In this document: positions 53,029 to 62,229 of the stretch, piece by piece | How positions within the stretch are numbered: position 1 is the stretch's first letter | How the letters are laid out: each line of letters begins with the position of its first letter | DNA from: an uncultured Acidobacteriota bacterium | GTDB lineage: Bacteria > Acidobacteriota > UBA6911 | NCBI GenBank assembly: GCA_963809485.1 | Contig: CAWEJX010000020.1 | Span: 1,248,001-1,312,000 of the forward strand | Length of the DNA: 64,000 nt | Direction of reading: 5' to 3' | Notes under the pieces: model-generated | Told to the model about the DNA's origin: nothing | Seen by the model: only the letters and a program-made list of their open reading frames with translations | Databases searched by the model: none | Position numbers and translations under genes: made by a program

Positions 53029-53209
53029 GGAAGATAAGCCTTGAGCTGCCAGGCGAAATCTGGCCGGAGGCGAGTGTCCGATGGACGAGCAAGGTGTTCG
53101 CCCATGTGAAATGAGATTATGAGCGGGAAAAGCCCTTCGGCTTCTTTGAGGTGGCTGATGTGGTGCAACTGAAATAAATAGTAAAACAATTTTTTAAGAG
53201 GAGTTCAAA

Positions 53210-53941
53210 ATGAATCGATTCAAAGTTGAGGCGGTGATCCTTTGTTTGGCCCTGGTGGCCTTGGCATTTCCAGTCGCGGCAAAGGCCGACGAATGGAACA
53301 AAAAAACCACCGTCACATTCAGCGCGCCGGTCGAGATTCCGGGTGTAGGAGCCCAGGTGTTGCCGGCTGGCACCTATGTCTTTAAGCTGTTGAATTCACA
53401 ATCCAACCGGAACATTGTTCAAATCTTCAACGAACGGCAAGACCATGTATTTTCAACCATTCTTGCGATTCCAAATTTCCGTTTGCAGGCGACCGATAAA
53501 ACCGTCATGACGTTCAGGGAAAGGGCGTCCGGTGAGCCGGAGGCCATCCGAGCATGGTTTTATCCCGGGAACAGATGGGGTCAGGAATTTGTGTACCCAA
53601 AAGCAAGGGCTATCGAAATTGCGAAGCTGACAAATATACCCGTTCTCGCGATGCCTACGGAACTGGCCACGAACCTTTTGGAACCGGTAAAATCGGCGGA
53701 TGAACCGCCCGTAATAGCTTTGATACAGGCGCCGGTCGAGGCCGTAAAACCTACCGGAGAAGTAGTCGCAATGACTGAAGTCGTTGAGCCACCGCCTGTG
53801 GAGACAGCCGCGGTACAGTCAACGGAGCCTTACCAGAACCTGCCCGAAACAGCCAGCCCAATGGCGCTATTGGGCTTGATTGGTTTGTTATCGCTTGCCG
53901 CAGGCGTTGGTCTTTCAGTAATTTCGAAGCGGCGTGTTTGA
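53210..53941 (+). CDS. Secreted protein with LPETA sortase sorting signal
   Basis: Signal peptide (AKA-D); Pro/Glu linker; C-terminal LPETA + hydrophobic helix + KRRV. Confidence 0.85.
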   Translation: MNRFKVEAVILCLALVALAFPVAAKADEWNKKTTVTFSAPVEIPGVGAQVLPAGTYVFKLLNSQSNRNIVQIFNERQDHVFSTILAIPNFRLQATDKTVMTFRERASGEPEAIRAWFYPGNRWGQEFVYPKARAIEIAKLTNIPVLAMPTELATNLLEPVKSADEPPVIALIQAPVEAVKPTGEVVAMTEVVEPPPVETAAVQSTEPYQNLPETASPMALLGLIGLLSLAAGVGLSVISKRRV

Positions 53942-54170
53942 GCAAGCGAGGTTGTGCGTGCCGTCAAGAGGGGCTCATTGGGGACGTTTAGGCAACGGGT
54001 TCCCCCCCCGCGCGGAAAAGGGGGGGCGACCCTTAGCGGGGCTATGATAAGACCCTATGCGTGCCCCATGAGGGCAGGCTAGTATGACCTGCCCTCATGG
54101 CTGGTGGGGTTTGTGGCCACGCGCGCGACTCCGGTGCTATCGCTCAGATTCCAAAACTGGACTGGACTGT

Positions 54171-55199
54171 ATGAGAGAGCCTTCCCATGCCGAAGAATTC
54201 CGTTCCAGGGGCAAATGTTTCCCCACAACCCTGTGTCTGGCCTGTTGTTTTTACTTGATTGTTCTGCCAGGCATGTTCCAGCAGCAGGAATACTCCCAGT
54301 CCCAGAGCGGCGAAGGTGACCCGTACACGATTAGCGTAAGCGTTGGCACGGTGGTCTTGAACGCGACCGTGCGTGATCGCAAAGGCATCCTTGTTTCAGA
54401 TCTCGTCAAAGAAGACTTTCAGGTTTATGAGGACGGAATCCCCCAACAAATCGAATGCTTCAGCCACGAAGATATTCCGGTCACCGTGGGCCTGGTCGTC
54501 GACAACAGCGGAACCATGAGGCCGAAACGCCCTGAGGTGATTGCAGCGGCCCTGGCGTTTGCCCACTCCAGCAACCCTGCGGATCAGATGTTCGTGGTTA
54601 ATTTCAACGAGAATGTATCCTTTAGCCTTCCAGACAACCTGCCGTTCACGGACAAAGCGGCTCAACTCGAGATTGCCCTGTCTCGAATTGCCGCGGACGG
54701 CATGACGGCACTCTACGACGCCGTGGCGGCTGCGCTCGATCACCTGAAGAAGGGCGATCGGGACAAAAAAGTGCTGATTGTTATCAGCGATGGGGAGGAT
54801 AACGCCAGCAAACTCAAATTGGACAGGATTCTGGCTCTGGCAGGGCAGTCGGACGCAATCATTTACACCATAGGAATCTTTGATGAGAACAATCCCGATC
54901 GGAACCTTCGGGCGCTCAAGCGGCTGGCAAATGCTACCGGTGGCGAAGCTTTCTTGCCGGGCTCGGCAAAAAACGTTGTCCCCATCTGTGAGCGAATCGC
55001 CTATGACATTCGCAACCAATACTCCATAACCTATCTGCCCACGAATAAAAAGCAGGATGGCAGCTTTCGGGCTATTCAGGTGACGGCCGGAGCACGGGAT
55101 GGCAGACGCCTGTCCGTCCGCACCCGCGCAGGTTACTACGCACCCTTAAAATCTGAATCCTTGCCGACAAGTGAGCAACCCCATGAAAATGCGAATTAG
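54171..55199 (+). CDS. VWA domain protein (acidobacterial type)
   Basis: VVDNSGT MIDAS-like motif, TALYDAV, ISDGEDN, QYSITY and RAGYYAP; start uncertain. Confidence 0.88.
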   Translation: MREPSHAEEFRSRGKCFPTTLCLACCFYLIVLPGMFQQQEYSQSQSGEGDPYTISVSVGTVVLNATVRDRKGILVSDLVKEDFQVYEDGIPQQIECFSHEDIPVTVGLVVDNSGTMRPKRPEVIAAALAFAHSSNPADQMFVVNFNENVSFSLPDNLPFTDKAAQLEIALSRIAADGMTALYDAVAAALDHLKKGDRDKKVLIVISDGEDNASKLKLDRILALAGQSDAIIYTIGIFDENNPDRNLRALKRLANATGGEAFLPGSAKNVVPICERIAYDIRNQYSITYLPTNKKQDGSFRAIQVTAGARDGRRLSVRTRAGYYAPLKSESLPTSEQPHENAN

Positions 55200-55866
55200 G
55201 TGGATGTCTCTCCCAAGGCGAGATAGTCCATGGCTCCGTTGGAGCCGATACCTTTTCTTTATCATTGGCATTCTTGCGCTGGGCTATGTCGGCTTCGCGC
55301 TGCTCGACGCGCGACTCTATCAGGCGGATCAATCCCGAAGATTTGAGCAGGAGTTGAACGGTTTGAAGTCGAATATCGTCAGCGATGAGCGATTTCACGC
55401 ATCCTCAATTTCTCCAGCGCCTGCGAAAGAAAGCCTCGTGAGAGCTGAGCGCATTGACACAGCAGGCAGCGGTCGAACTGCTTTGGGGCAAATTGAGATA
55501 AGCGCAATAGGCCTCAAAGCAATGATCCTGGAGGGCACAGACGCACGAACATTGCGCCGGGCAGTCGGGCACATCCCCGGCACCGCGCTGCCGGGCCAGC
55601 GAGGGAACGTCGCGATCACGGGACACCGGGACACATTTTTCAGACCGCTGCGCAATATCCGTAAGGACGATGAGATCAGGTTGACGACGCTAAACGGATC
55701 GTACCGATATTGGGTGGACTCTGCCACGGTAGTCGAGCCCGCCAACACGGAAGTACTGGACAATTCCGATGATGCAATTCTGACTCTGGTGACCTGTTAT
55801 CCATTTTATTATGTTGGCCCTGCACCTAAGAGGTTTATTGTCCGCGCACACAGGATTCTGGATTGA
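55183..55866 (+). CDS. Class D-like sortase
   Basis: N-terminal TM anchor, GHRDT (His), LVTCYPF (Cys) and RFIVRA (Arg). Confidence 0.92.
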   Translation: MKMRIRWMSLPRRDSPWLRWSRYLFFIIGILALGYVGFALLDARLYQADQSRRFEQELNGLKSNIVSDERFHASSISPAPAKESLVRAERIDTAGSGRTALGQIEISAIGLKAMILEGTDARTLRRAVGHIPGTALPGQRGNVAITGHRDTFFRPLRNIRKDDEIRLTTLNGSYRYWVDSATVVEPANTEVLDNSDDAILTLVTCYPFYYVGPAPKRFIVRAHRILD

Positions 55867-56123
55867 GGTTTCCTTCGGAGACTCCAGGATAGCCTGTCAC
55901 TCGGTTTCTCTCTGCTAAGCGGCTCGCCGGATGCTGGCAAATTGCATGTTGCTTTCTCCACTTTAAGCATTTCCATGGCCACTGCAGGGCGGGTGATATA
56001 GCGGGCCTGGGACTCCAGAGAGGCGATTGCGGCGGCATCGACCGGCGGCCCGGCATAGACTGAAAATCCCGGGTGTACCCAGGACAACAGATTCTGCATG
56101 AAGGATTCCGTAATTTATGTGGA

Positions 56124-56188
56124 TGAGCAATTTTGCCCACTCCTCTGAGCAGTAATGGACTGAGATGATTATTGGGCTGGGCTATAAA
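56124..56188 (+). promoter_or_regulatory. Tandem-box promoter copy M
   Basis: TGAGCAATTTTGCCCA-N6-TGAGCAGTAATGGACTGAGA-N17-TATAAA. Confidence 0.82.
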
Positions 56189-56230
56189 GATAAAGCGTTG
56201 AGCTGTCGGTCAGGACGTACGAGGTGGCAT

Positions 56231-57055
56231 ATGCGACAACGAATGATATGGGCGGTGTTTTTCTATCTTGGTGTGGCAGCCTGTTTATCGGCCCAGACTG
56301 AACGCTTCATTCCCCCCATTGAGGACATCATTGCCGGCATGGCGCAAGCCCGGGCAGAAAATCAGGTAAGCTTTCGTTCCTACATTGTCACCCGCAACTA
56401 CAATCTGTTTGGGAAAGAAAGAGCGAAAACCAAGTCCCAGGTGATTGCCGAGATATCCTTCGTTCCCCCGGCCACCAAAACGTACACGATACAAAAAATC
56501 AATGGCACCGGCTTCGGGGAAACAATCGTTCGCCGAATGTTAATGAGCGAGGTGGACATTGCACGAAATTACACCTCAACGGACTTCTCGACGGACAATT
56601 ATGACATCCGTTTCATCCTCGAGGAAAATGTAGGGGATCAACGCTGCTATGTGCTCGAGCTGCTTCCCAAACGAAAAGATAAGAATCTACTGCGAGGGAA
56701 AATTTGGGTTGATGCAGTCACCTACCTGCCCCAGCGCATCGAGGGTGCACCCAGCAAGACCCCCTCATGGTGGCTGCGGAGCTTGCGATTCGAGCTTATT
56801 TACGGCGAGGTCGGCGGAATGTGGCTGCAGACGGCCCTGGAAGCCACCGCCACGGTCCGAATCCTCGGCCCCCACACGATGGTTTCGCACGACGTGAAAT
56901 ACCAGCTGGGCGATCAGGTTGTTGCCGTTCACCCTAAAGCTGCCGGATGGGTTGATTCAGTAGGTCCGGCGATAAGACAGCCGCAGATCAACCATGAGCT
57001 CCCTATATTCGCGGACGGGGTAAAGGCCAAGGCTGCATCCGGGCTTTGGCCATAA
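56231..57055 (+). CDS. Periplasmic LolA/RseB-like fold protein
   Basis: Signal peptide; CYVLELLPK...GKIWVDA...RIEG. Confidence 0.75.
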   Translation: MRQRMIWAVFFYLGVAACLSAQTERFIPPIEDIIAGMAQARAENQVSFRSYIVTRNYNLFGKERAKTKSQVIAEISFVPPATKTYTIQKINGTGFGETIVRRMLMSEVDIARNYTSTDFSTDNYDIRFILEENVGDQRCYVLELLPKRKDKNLLRGKIWVDAVTYLPQRIEGAPSKTPSWWLRSLRFELIYGEVGGMWLQTALEATATVRILGPHTMVSHDVKYQLGDQVVAVHPKAAGWVDSVGPAIRQPQINHELPIFADGVKAKAASGLWP

Positions 57056-57256
57056 TCAATTGTGAACAGACGCGTGCTTCCGCCATTAATTGTTGCTGAC
57101 AGGGGTTTAAAGCTATGCAGGAAAAATTATTACAGTCCGATTCGGCGTCAGCCGATCCAGATTGCCTCGAATCTGGTATAAATTCCTTTTTTAGAGGAAG
57201 ATAGCAGGAAGCCAGCAGCAGTCAATGGCGGAAACACCGCCGCCCGTGAAGACGGT

Positions 57257-57321
57257 TGAGCAATTCTGAACACACTCTTGAGCAAGATTGAACTTACTAT
57301 TAAATCCCGCCGGAGTATAAA
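57257..57321 (+). promoter_or_regulatory. Tandem-box promoter copy N (dodecin)
   Basis: TGAGCAATTCTGAACA-N6-TGAGCAAGATTGAACTTACT-N17-TATAAA. Confidence 0.8.
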
Positions 57322-57537
57322 CAGTCAGGCTTCAGCTACAAGCGAGAATCTGGCAGCATGCGCGAAAAGCTGAAGGGTCGCCTGGGCGGCTTTTGGGCCG
57401 AAAAGAGGCGACACGCACCACATCATAGCTTGTAACACACCGGGGAAAAATTGTATCGGAAAGGAATGACTGGCGAAGGTGCCCCTATATTTTCAACCCC
57501 TCTACATTAACCTCAACCAATAAAAAGGAGTTCATCC

Positions 57538-57744
57538 ATGTCAATCGCACGTGTCACTGAAATCAAATCGTCCTCCAAAAAGAGTTTCGATGATGCAATC
57601 AAGTCAGGTCTTGCCCGCGCCGGGAAAACTCTTACGAAGGTGAAATCCGCATGGATCGAGAATCAGGAAGTTCTGCTCGATGACAAAGGACAGGTCTCGG
57701 ATTACCGTGTGCAAATGAAGGTGACGTTTATTCTCGAAGAGTAA
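57538..57744 (+). CDS. Dodecin family protein (paralog 2)
   Basis: Colinear with and highly similar to 13182-13388. Confidence 0.92.
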   Translation: MSIARVTEIKSSSKKSFDDAIKSGLARAGKTLTKVKSAWIENQEVLLDDKGQVSDYRVQMKVTFILEE

Positions 57745-58146
57745 TTCGAACTTGATGCCCACCAGCGTTTCCCACCGGTTGCCGTTTAAAAGACGCGATT
57801 CGACGAGGGATCGGTATTTCTACACGGTGGGTGCCGCGACGCGCCCGCAGGCAGCACTCCTTCAATGCCGATCCCTCTGTTACCGCCTGTCTTATTATTT
57901 GCGGCTGGTCAGGGACGTCCCGCACATTTTCGTGCAGGCTGTTTTTGGCTCGCGGGACCGCCGTGCCCTCGATTGCTGCAACACCCTTTCCTCAAAGGCA
58001 GCATCCACTGATCGCCAGCACCGTAAGAACTTTCTTAGTGCAGAGCGATATCCGCGCGGTCTTCCGGGTTTGTGTGGGTAGAAATGGTATAAAGGAACGC
58101 CGTTATGCAAGGTGCCGTTCCTAAGGGTCAAGCGGAGCCTTCCACG

Positions 58147-58326
58147 CTACCCTCCGAGGAATTTCTCCAGTTGGCCGATTTTCTTTTGGACCTTCCCGCC
58201 GATCTTTTCGACCTTGCCTTCGGCTTCCAAATCTGGATCGTTCGTCGCTTGACCAACCTTCTCTTTAACTTTGCCTTTCACCTCGTGAAATGTGCCCTTT
58301 GCCTTGTCCTCTGTGCTTTGCTTCAT
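58147..58326 (-). CDS. csbD: CsbD family stress protein
   Basis: MKQSTEDKAKGTFHEVKGKVKEKVGQATNDPDLEAEG...; 59 aa, below the ORF-track cutoff. Confidence 0.88.
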   Translation of the reverse strand: MKQSTEDKAKGTFHEVKGKVKEKVGQATNDPDLEAEGKVEKIGGKVQKKIGQLEKFLGG

Positions 58327-58750
58327 GGATTGTCTCCCTGGTAAATGTAAGATATAATCCAGACTTGGAGCCGTGCTTTGGGGATCAAGCTGCAGTACTG
58401 ACCCGCACGACAGTCCTTTTGCTTCCTACCCAGCATTAGAAGCGACGGTAAAGGAAGCTCTTTGTTCGCCTTTAAACACCCCCTATGCATTGACCCGCAT
58501 TTGGGAATGATATTTGTCAATAGCAGCCCTTATATTGGGTCTACGCACTGGCAGTCGGAAAGGGCTCTCTTTAGCACCGTTCCGTTTGCCGATCCAACTC
58601 AATGGACGTATAGTCGCTATCCGGAAATGTAGGGCACAGTGCACAGCATCATCGCAGGACCCATCTGGCGGATAGTGCTCTGATCCGTGAATGGATAATT
58701 CTCATATGCAAGCCAGCGACTGCCTGATCGGCATCGACATTCTCTTCGGC

Positions 58751-60088
58751 TTACCTCACCTCAATAGACGTAATCCTGTCGTTGAATTCCCCCGCCAGGT
58801 TCGACATATCACCGGTGACAGTCCTGCTGGCGCCGCCAAAGCTCTCATGCTCGTGAACAACCACTCGGGCTCTGCCAAAGATTCGGATGGATGAAATCCC
58901 ATCGTTAAAGCGGTCTTGCACTTTCCGCTGGCCATCGCCGGCGCTCATGCAAAAGCTGTCGCCGCGGTAGTCCGCGTCCATGAAGAAACACGCCCCGTTG
59001 CGGGGTACGCGACCGCCGCTCCAGACTTCGTACTGTCCTCGGGATTGCCCGCCATACTGCCCTTCATATTGGCTCCCTCCGGCGACTTGGAAGGAAGTGA
59101 TCCGGTCGCCCCAAGCGCCCAGATTCGGTGTATCCCGGCTGATAGTCTGGCGCGAACCGTTGAAGCTCTCATTGTCGTAGACTGTTACTTGGGCCCTGCC
59201 AAATACCCGGATCGATGAGATGCTGTCGTTGTATCGATCCCCGATATTCCGCACGCTCTCGTTGCTGCTGACGCAGAAATTCTCTCCCCTGTAATTCTCA
59301 TCCCTGTAGAAACATACACCATCACCGGGTTCGTTGCCGCTGCCCAAGCCTCCGTTTTGTCCTCGGGATAGTCCGCCATACTGTCCTCCATATTGGCGCC
59401 CTCCAGTGACCTGTAAGGAAGAGATCCGGTCGCCCCAAGCGCCCAGATTCGGTGTATCCCGGCTGATAGTCTGGCGCGAACCGTTGAAGCTCTCATTGTC
59501 GTAGACTGTTACTTGGGCCTCTCCAAATACCCGGATCGATGAGATGCTGTCGTTGTATCGATCCCCGATATTCCGCACGCTCTCGTTGCTGCTGACGCAG
59601 AAATTCTCTCCCCTGTAATTCTCGTCCCTGTAGAAACACACACCATCGCCGGGTTCGTTGCCGCGGCCCCAGCCCTCGAATTGTTCCCGGGATTGTCCGC
59701 CGTACTGTCCATCAGATTGGCGCCATGAGGTGCCCTGGAAGGAGGTAATCCGGTCGTTCCAGGCGCCCAGTTTCGGCATATTCCGGCTGACAGTCTGGCG
59801 CGAGCCGGTGAAGCTTTCATCATCGTAGACTGTCACTTCGGCCCTTCCAAAGATCCGGATGGATGAGATCCGGTCGTTGTAACGATCTCCGATATTCCGT
59901 AAACTCTCATTGCTGCTGACGCAAAAATTCTCTCCCTTGTAGTTTTCGTCCGTGTAAAAACACACGCCCTCTTGAGGCTGATTGCCTTTGTTCCGGCTTT
60001 GGCTCTGGGCCTCAAGCCGCGGGCTGAGGATTTGAATCAGGCTTAAAGCCATTAGGGTCAAAAAGGTGAATCCAATCGCTCGTTTCAT
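58751..60088 (-). CDS. Secreted protein with four beta/gamma-crystallin domains
   Basis: Signal peptide; repeated CFY.DENY.G...YND.ISSIR.FG...ND.ITS motifs; GGGGAG RBS. Confidence 0.88.
   Translation of the reverse strand: MKRAIGFTFLTLMALSLIQILSPRLEAQSQSRNKGNQPQEGVCFYTDENYKGENFCVSSNESLRNIGDRYNDRISSIRIFGRAEVTVYDDESFTGSRQTVSRNMPKLGAWNDRITSFQGTSWRQSDGQYGGQSREQFEGWGRGNEPGDGVCFYRDENYRGENFCVSSNESVRNIGDRYNDSISSIRVFGEAQVTVYDNESFNGSRQTISRDTPNLGAWGDRISSLQVTGGRQYGGQYGGLSRGQNGGLGSGNEPGDGVCFYRDENYRGENFCVSSNESVRNIGDRYNDSISSIRVFGRAQVTVYDNESFNGSRQTISRDTPNLGAWGDRITSFQVAGGSQYEGQYGGQSRGQYEVWSGGRVPRNGACFFMDADYRGDSFCMSAGDGQRKVQDRFNDGISSIRIFGRARVVVHEHESFGGASRTVTGDMSNLAGEFNDRITSIEVR
59095..59665. repeat. 324-bp near-identical tandem duplication (crystallin domains 2 and 3)
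   Basis: Sequence at 59161 recurs at 59485 with few mismatches. Confidence 0.85.
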
Positions 60089-60183
60089 ATACGTCTCCCC
60101 TCTGCTTTTGCAGATGCAACGATTTCTCTTGGTAAGATTAGTGCGGCAACCCGGATTGTTGTTTAGCCCCCCTGTGTTAACCC

Positions 60184-61642
60184 CAATACTGTTCACTTAA
60201 TGAGTCGGATATGATTCTCAACCACTATCCACTTCGTTCTCGCTCGCTTACGCGGCCGCAGCGGATAATTGCTCATCTTTCGTTTGAGGCCGCGAGGATT
60301 GCTCCGCGATCGGCTAGATACGACGCGCTCTTGCAGGATCTCCATCAATACCGCCTCATGGAATGCTTTCCTGTCCCGAGGGGGGAATTGACGCGAACCG
60401 CGCGATTTTCCTGCGGACCACGCGGACCGCGTGCAGGAATGAAAGTGTATCCGGATCTTCGTTGGCCTTCAACGCCGCCTCGTGCATCAGTCCGCGGATG
60501 GCGAAGTGCGCCATCATCAATCCGTAAAATTCTTGCTGCACCAGATCTGGGGTTTTGCTTCGTAAGACAATCCGGGAGCCGCGCAAATGCGTCTTGAGTT
60601 CGTCCAAGGCCGTTTCGATTTCCCATCGTTCATGATAAAGCGCCGCCAACTCAATCGCCGGGGCGGCCTCGTGATCCAAAATCGTTGTCAGCAGCCGGTA
60701 GATAGGTTCGGCTCCGGGAATCCCCTCCAGCCTATATTCGACAACGCGAACAGTCACTCCATTCTGACCATGCCGCTGATCCTTGGGCGACTCATAAATC
60801 CTGCTCAGGTACGAGCCGTCGGGCAGACGTTTCTCGCACGGAAGGCGCAGATTCTTTTTTACCCTCCAGAGCAGGTCTGCGCCGGTCGAACGTGCCTGAT
60901 TCCACAACGCAAATCCAAAGAAGTTTCGGTCGGCAAGACACAGCATCCCTTTGGCCAAAGAAGACAATACTTGTTTGGCCAGGGTAATCTCTCCCGTGTC
61001 TACTCCTCCCATCCGGGTTCCAAACAACACGTGAGTTCCATTTTCAACCAGGGATACGAAGCGAATCTGGGGAAACGCACTCTTGCCTCGGCTGGCGGAA
61101 GGCCGGCCAAACGACTTTGCATTATCTTTTTCGTCTGCGGTATCCAAAGTGCTGCCATCTATGCTGACCAGACGCCACCTGCGATACCATGCCCCTTGGG
61201 TCGACTCGACAGCAATAGGTTTCACAATCCTGTCGTGCAATCGCTGGAGTGGTTCCCATCCCAGACGTGTACGCGCCTGAGAAATACCGGACTTGCCCGT
61301 CACCTTGACAGTGGCCCCCGGTCCCAGAAGCCACTGGATGCCTTCAAAAAGGCAGCGCAGCACCTCGCGGTAGGAGGACTGCATGTACAAGGCCAATGCG
61401 ATTACATAGTAGACAACCACGTGAGCGGGCAGATCCCTTTGTCTTACGCTGGCTTTGCCCGTACCGCGGAGCACAGCCTGGATTGCAGCGGGCGGAAACG
61501 TCTTTGTCAGTACCCCCAGGCTGATGAAATCGGTTATACGTGTGCCGCTGGGGAGTTCAGCAATAGTTCGTGCCATAAGTGGTCCTCCTGTCAAATTTAT
61601 TGACAGGATACCACAGATTACACTGTTAAGTGAACAGTATTG
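60184..61642 (-). mobile_element. IS4 family insertion sequence
   Basis: Perfect 17-bp terminal IR CAATACTGTTCACTTAA; 10-bp TSD GTGTTAACCC at 60174-60183 and 61643-61652. Confidence 0.95.
60356..61576 (-). CDS. IS4 family transposase
   Basis: IDGS, ADRNF and YHERWEIETALDELK (YREK) DDE motifs. Confidence 0.95.
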   Translation of the reverse strand: MARTIAELPSGTRITDFISLGVLTKTFPPAAIQAVLRGTGKASVRQRDLPAHVVVYYVIALALYMQSSYREVLRCLFEGIQWLLGPGATVKVTGKSGISQARTRLGWEPLQRLHDRIVKPIAVESTQGAWYRRWRLVSIDGSTLDTADEKDNAKSFGRPSASRGKSAFPQIRFVSLVENGTHVLFGTRMGGVDTGEITLAKQVLSSLAKGMLCLADRNFFGFALWNQARSTGADLLWRVKKNLRLPCEKRLPDGSYLSRIYESPKDQRHGQNGVTVRVVEYRLEGIPGAEPIYRLLTTILDHEAAPAIELAALYHERWEIETALDELKTHLRGSRIVLRSKTPDLVQQEFYGLMMAHFAIRGLMHEAALKANEDPDTLSFLHAVRVVRRKIARFASIPPSGQESIP

Positions 61643-61881
61643 GTGTTAACCCGCATTATTCAGTGCGCCCCAACTGCGGCGGATCCGGGCATGTCTACCG
61701 CGTTGCACTCCGTCGGGCTCCTCGACGTACTGTCGAGTGCGTCTGCGGGGCCCTCGGCCGCGCACCGGTTAGCGCAGCGGCGAATCCATGCCCGTCTGCG
61801 CCGCCTCGCTACGAACCTTCATGAATAATGCAAGCGAAAGGTTGTGCGCCTGGCCAGATACTGGCTGGCATCTGAAGATAT

Positions 61882-61946
61882 CTTTTATCATTGCGGGAAT
61901 CTGGCGTCAGTTCAATACAGCTCATATCCATGGCCAGAATTGCTCG
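61882..61946 (-). promoter_or_regulatory. Tandem-box promoter copy O, separated from the crystallin gene by IS4
   Basis: CGAGCAATTCTGGCCA-N6-TGAGCTGTATTGAACTGACG-N17-TAAAAG. Confidence 0.78.
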
Positions 61947-62229
61947 TTGCCCAAATGGGTGACAACATTGCCGGCGTAACAATGCCGGCGTAGCAGCCGG
62001 TGCTGCGCTGACATTCCGCTGCTCCTGCTGCCAGGCTCATCATGAGCGTGGCAAGCGGTTCTATTTGCAGGCATTTACGGCACGGCAGAGTTTTTTCACC
62101 CTGTGGCACTATTGCATCGTTTCGCCATCGACAGGCATTGCCTCCCCTAATCCCGCGCTAAGGCGCCGAGGGGCGCGTCATCCCTGCAATTCCTAAAACT
62201 TTTCTGGAGAAAATGCTTGACTTTTTATT

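Noticed and set aside
57053-57068. Sixteenth promoter copy (TAATCAATTGTGAACA)
   Set aside because: Only box 1 is present, with no second box or -10 at the right spacing; at most a remnant.
26576-61946. Tandem-box module as a CRISPR repeat, attC site or MITE
   Set aside because: Copies are dispersed, always 5' of genes and oriented with them. Spacer sequences diverge while lengths are fixed, and there is no TSD, no attC R-box/hairpin and no cas or intI gene.
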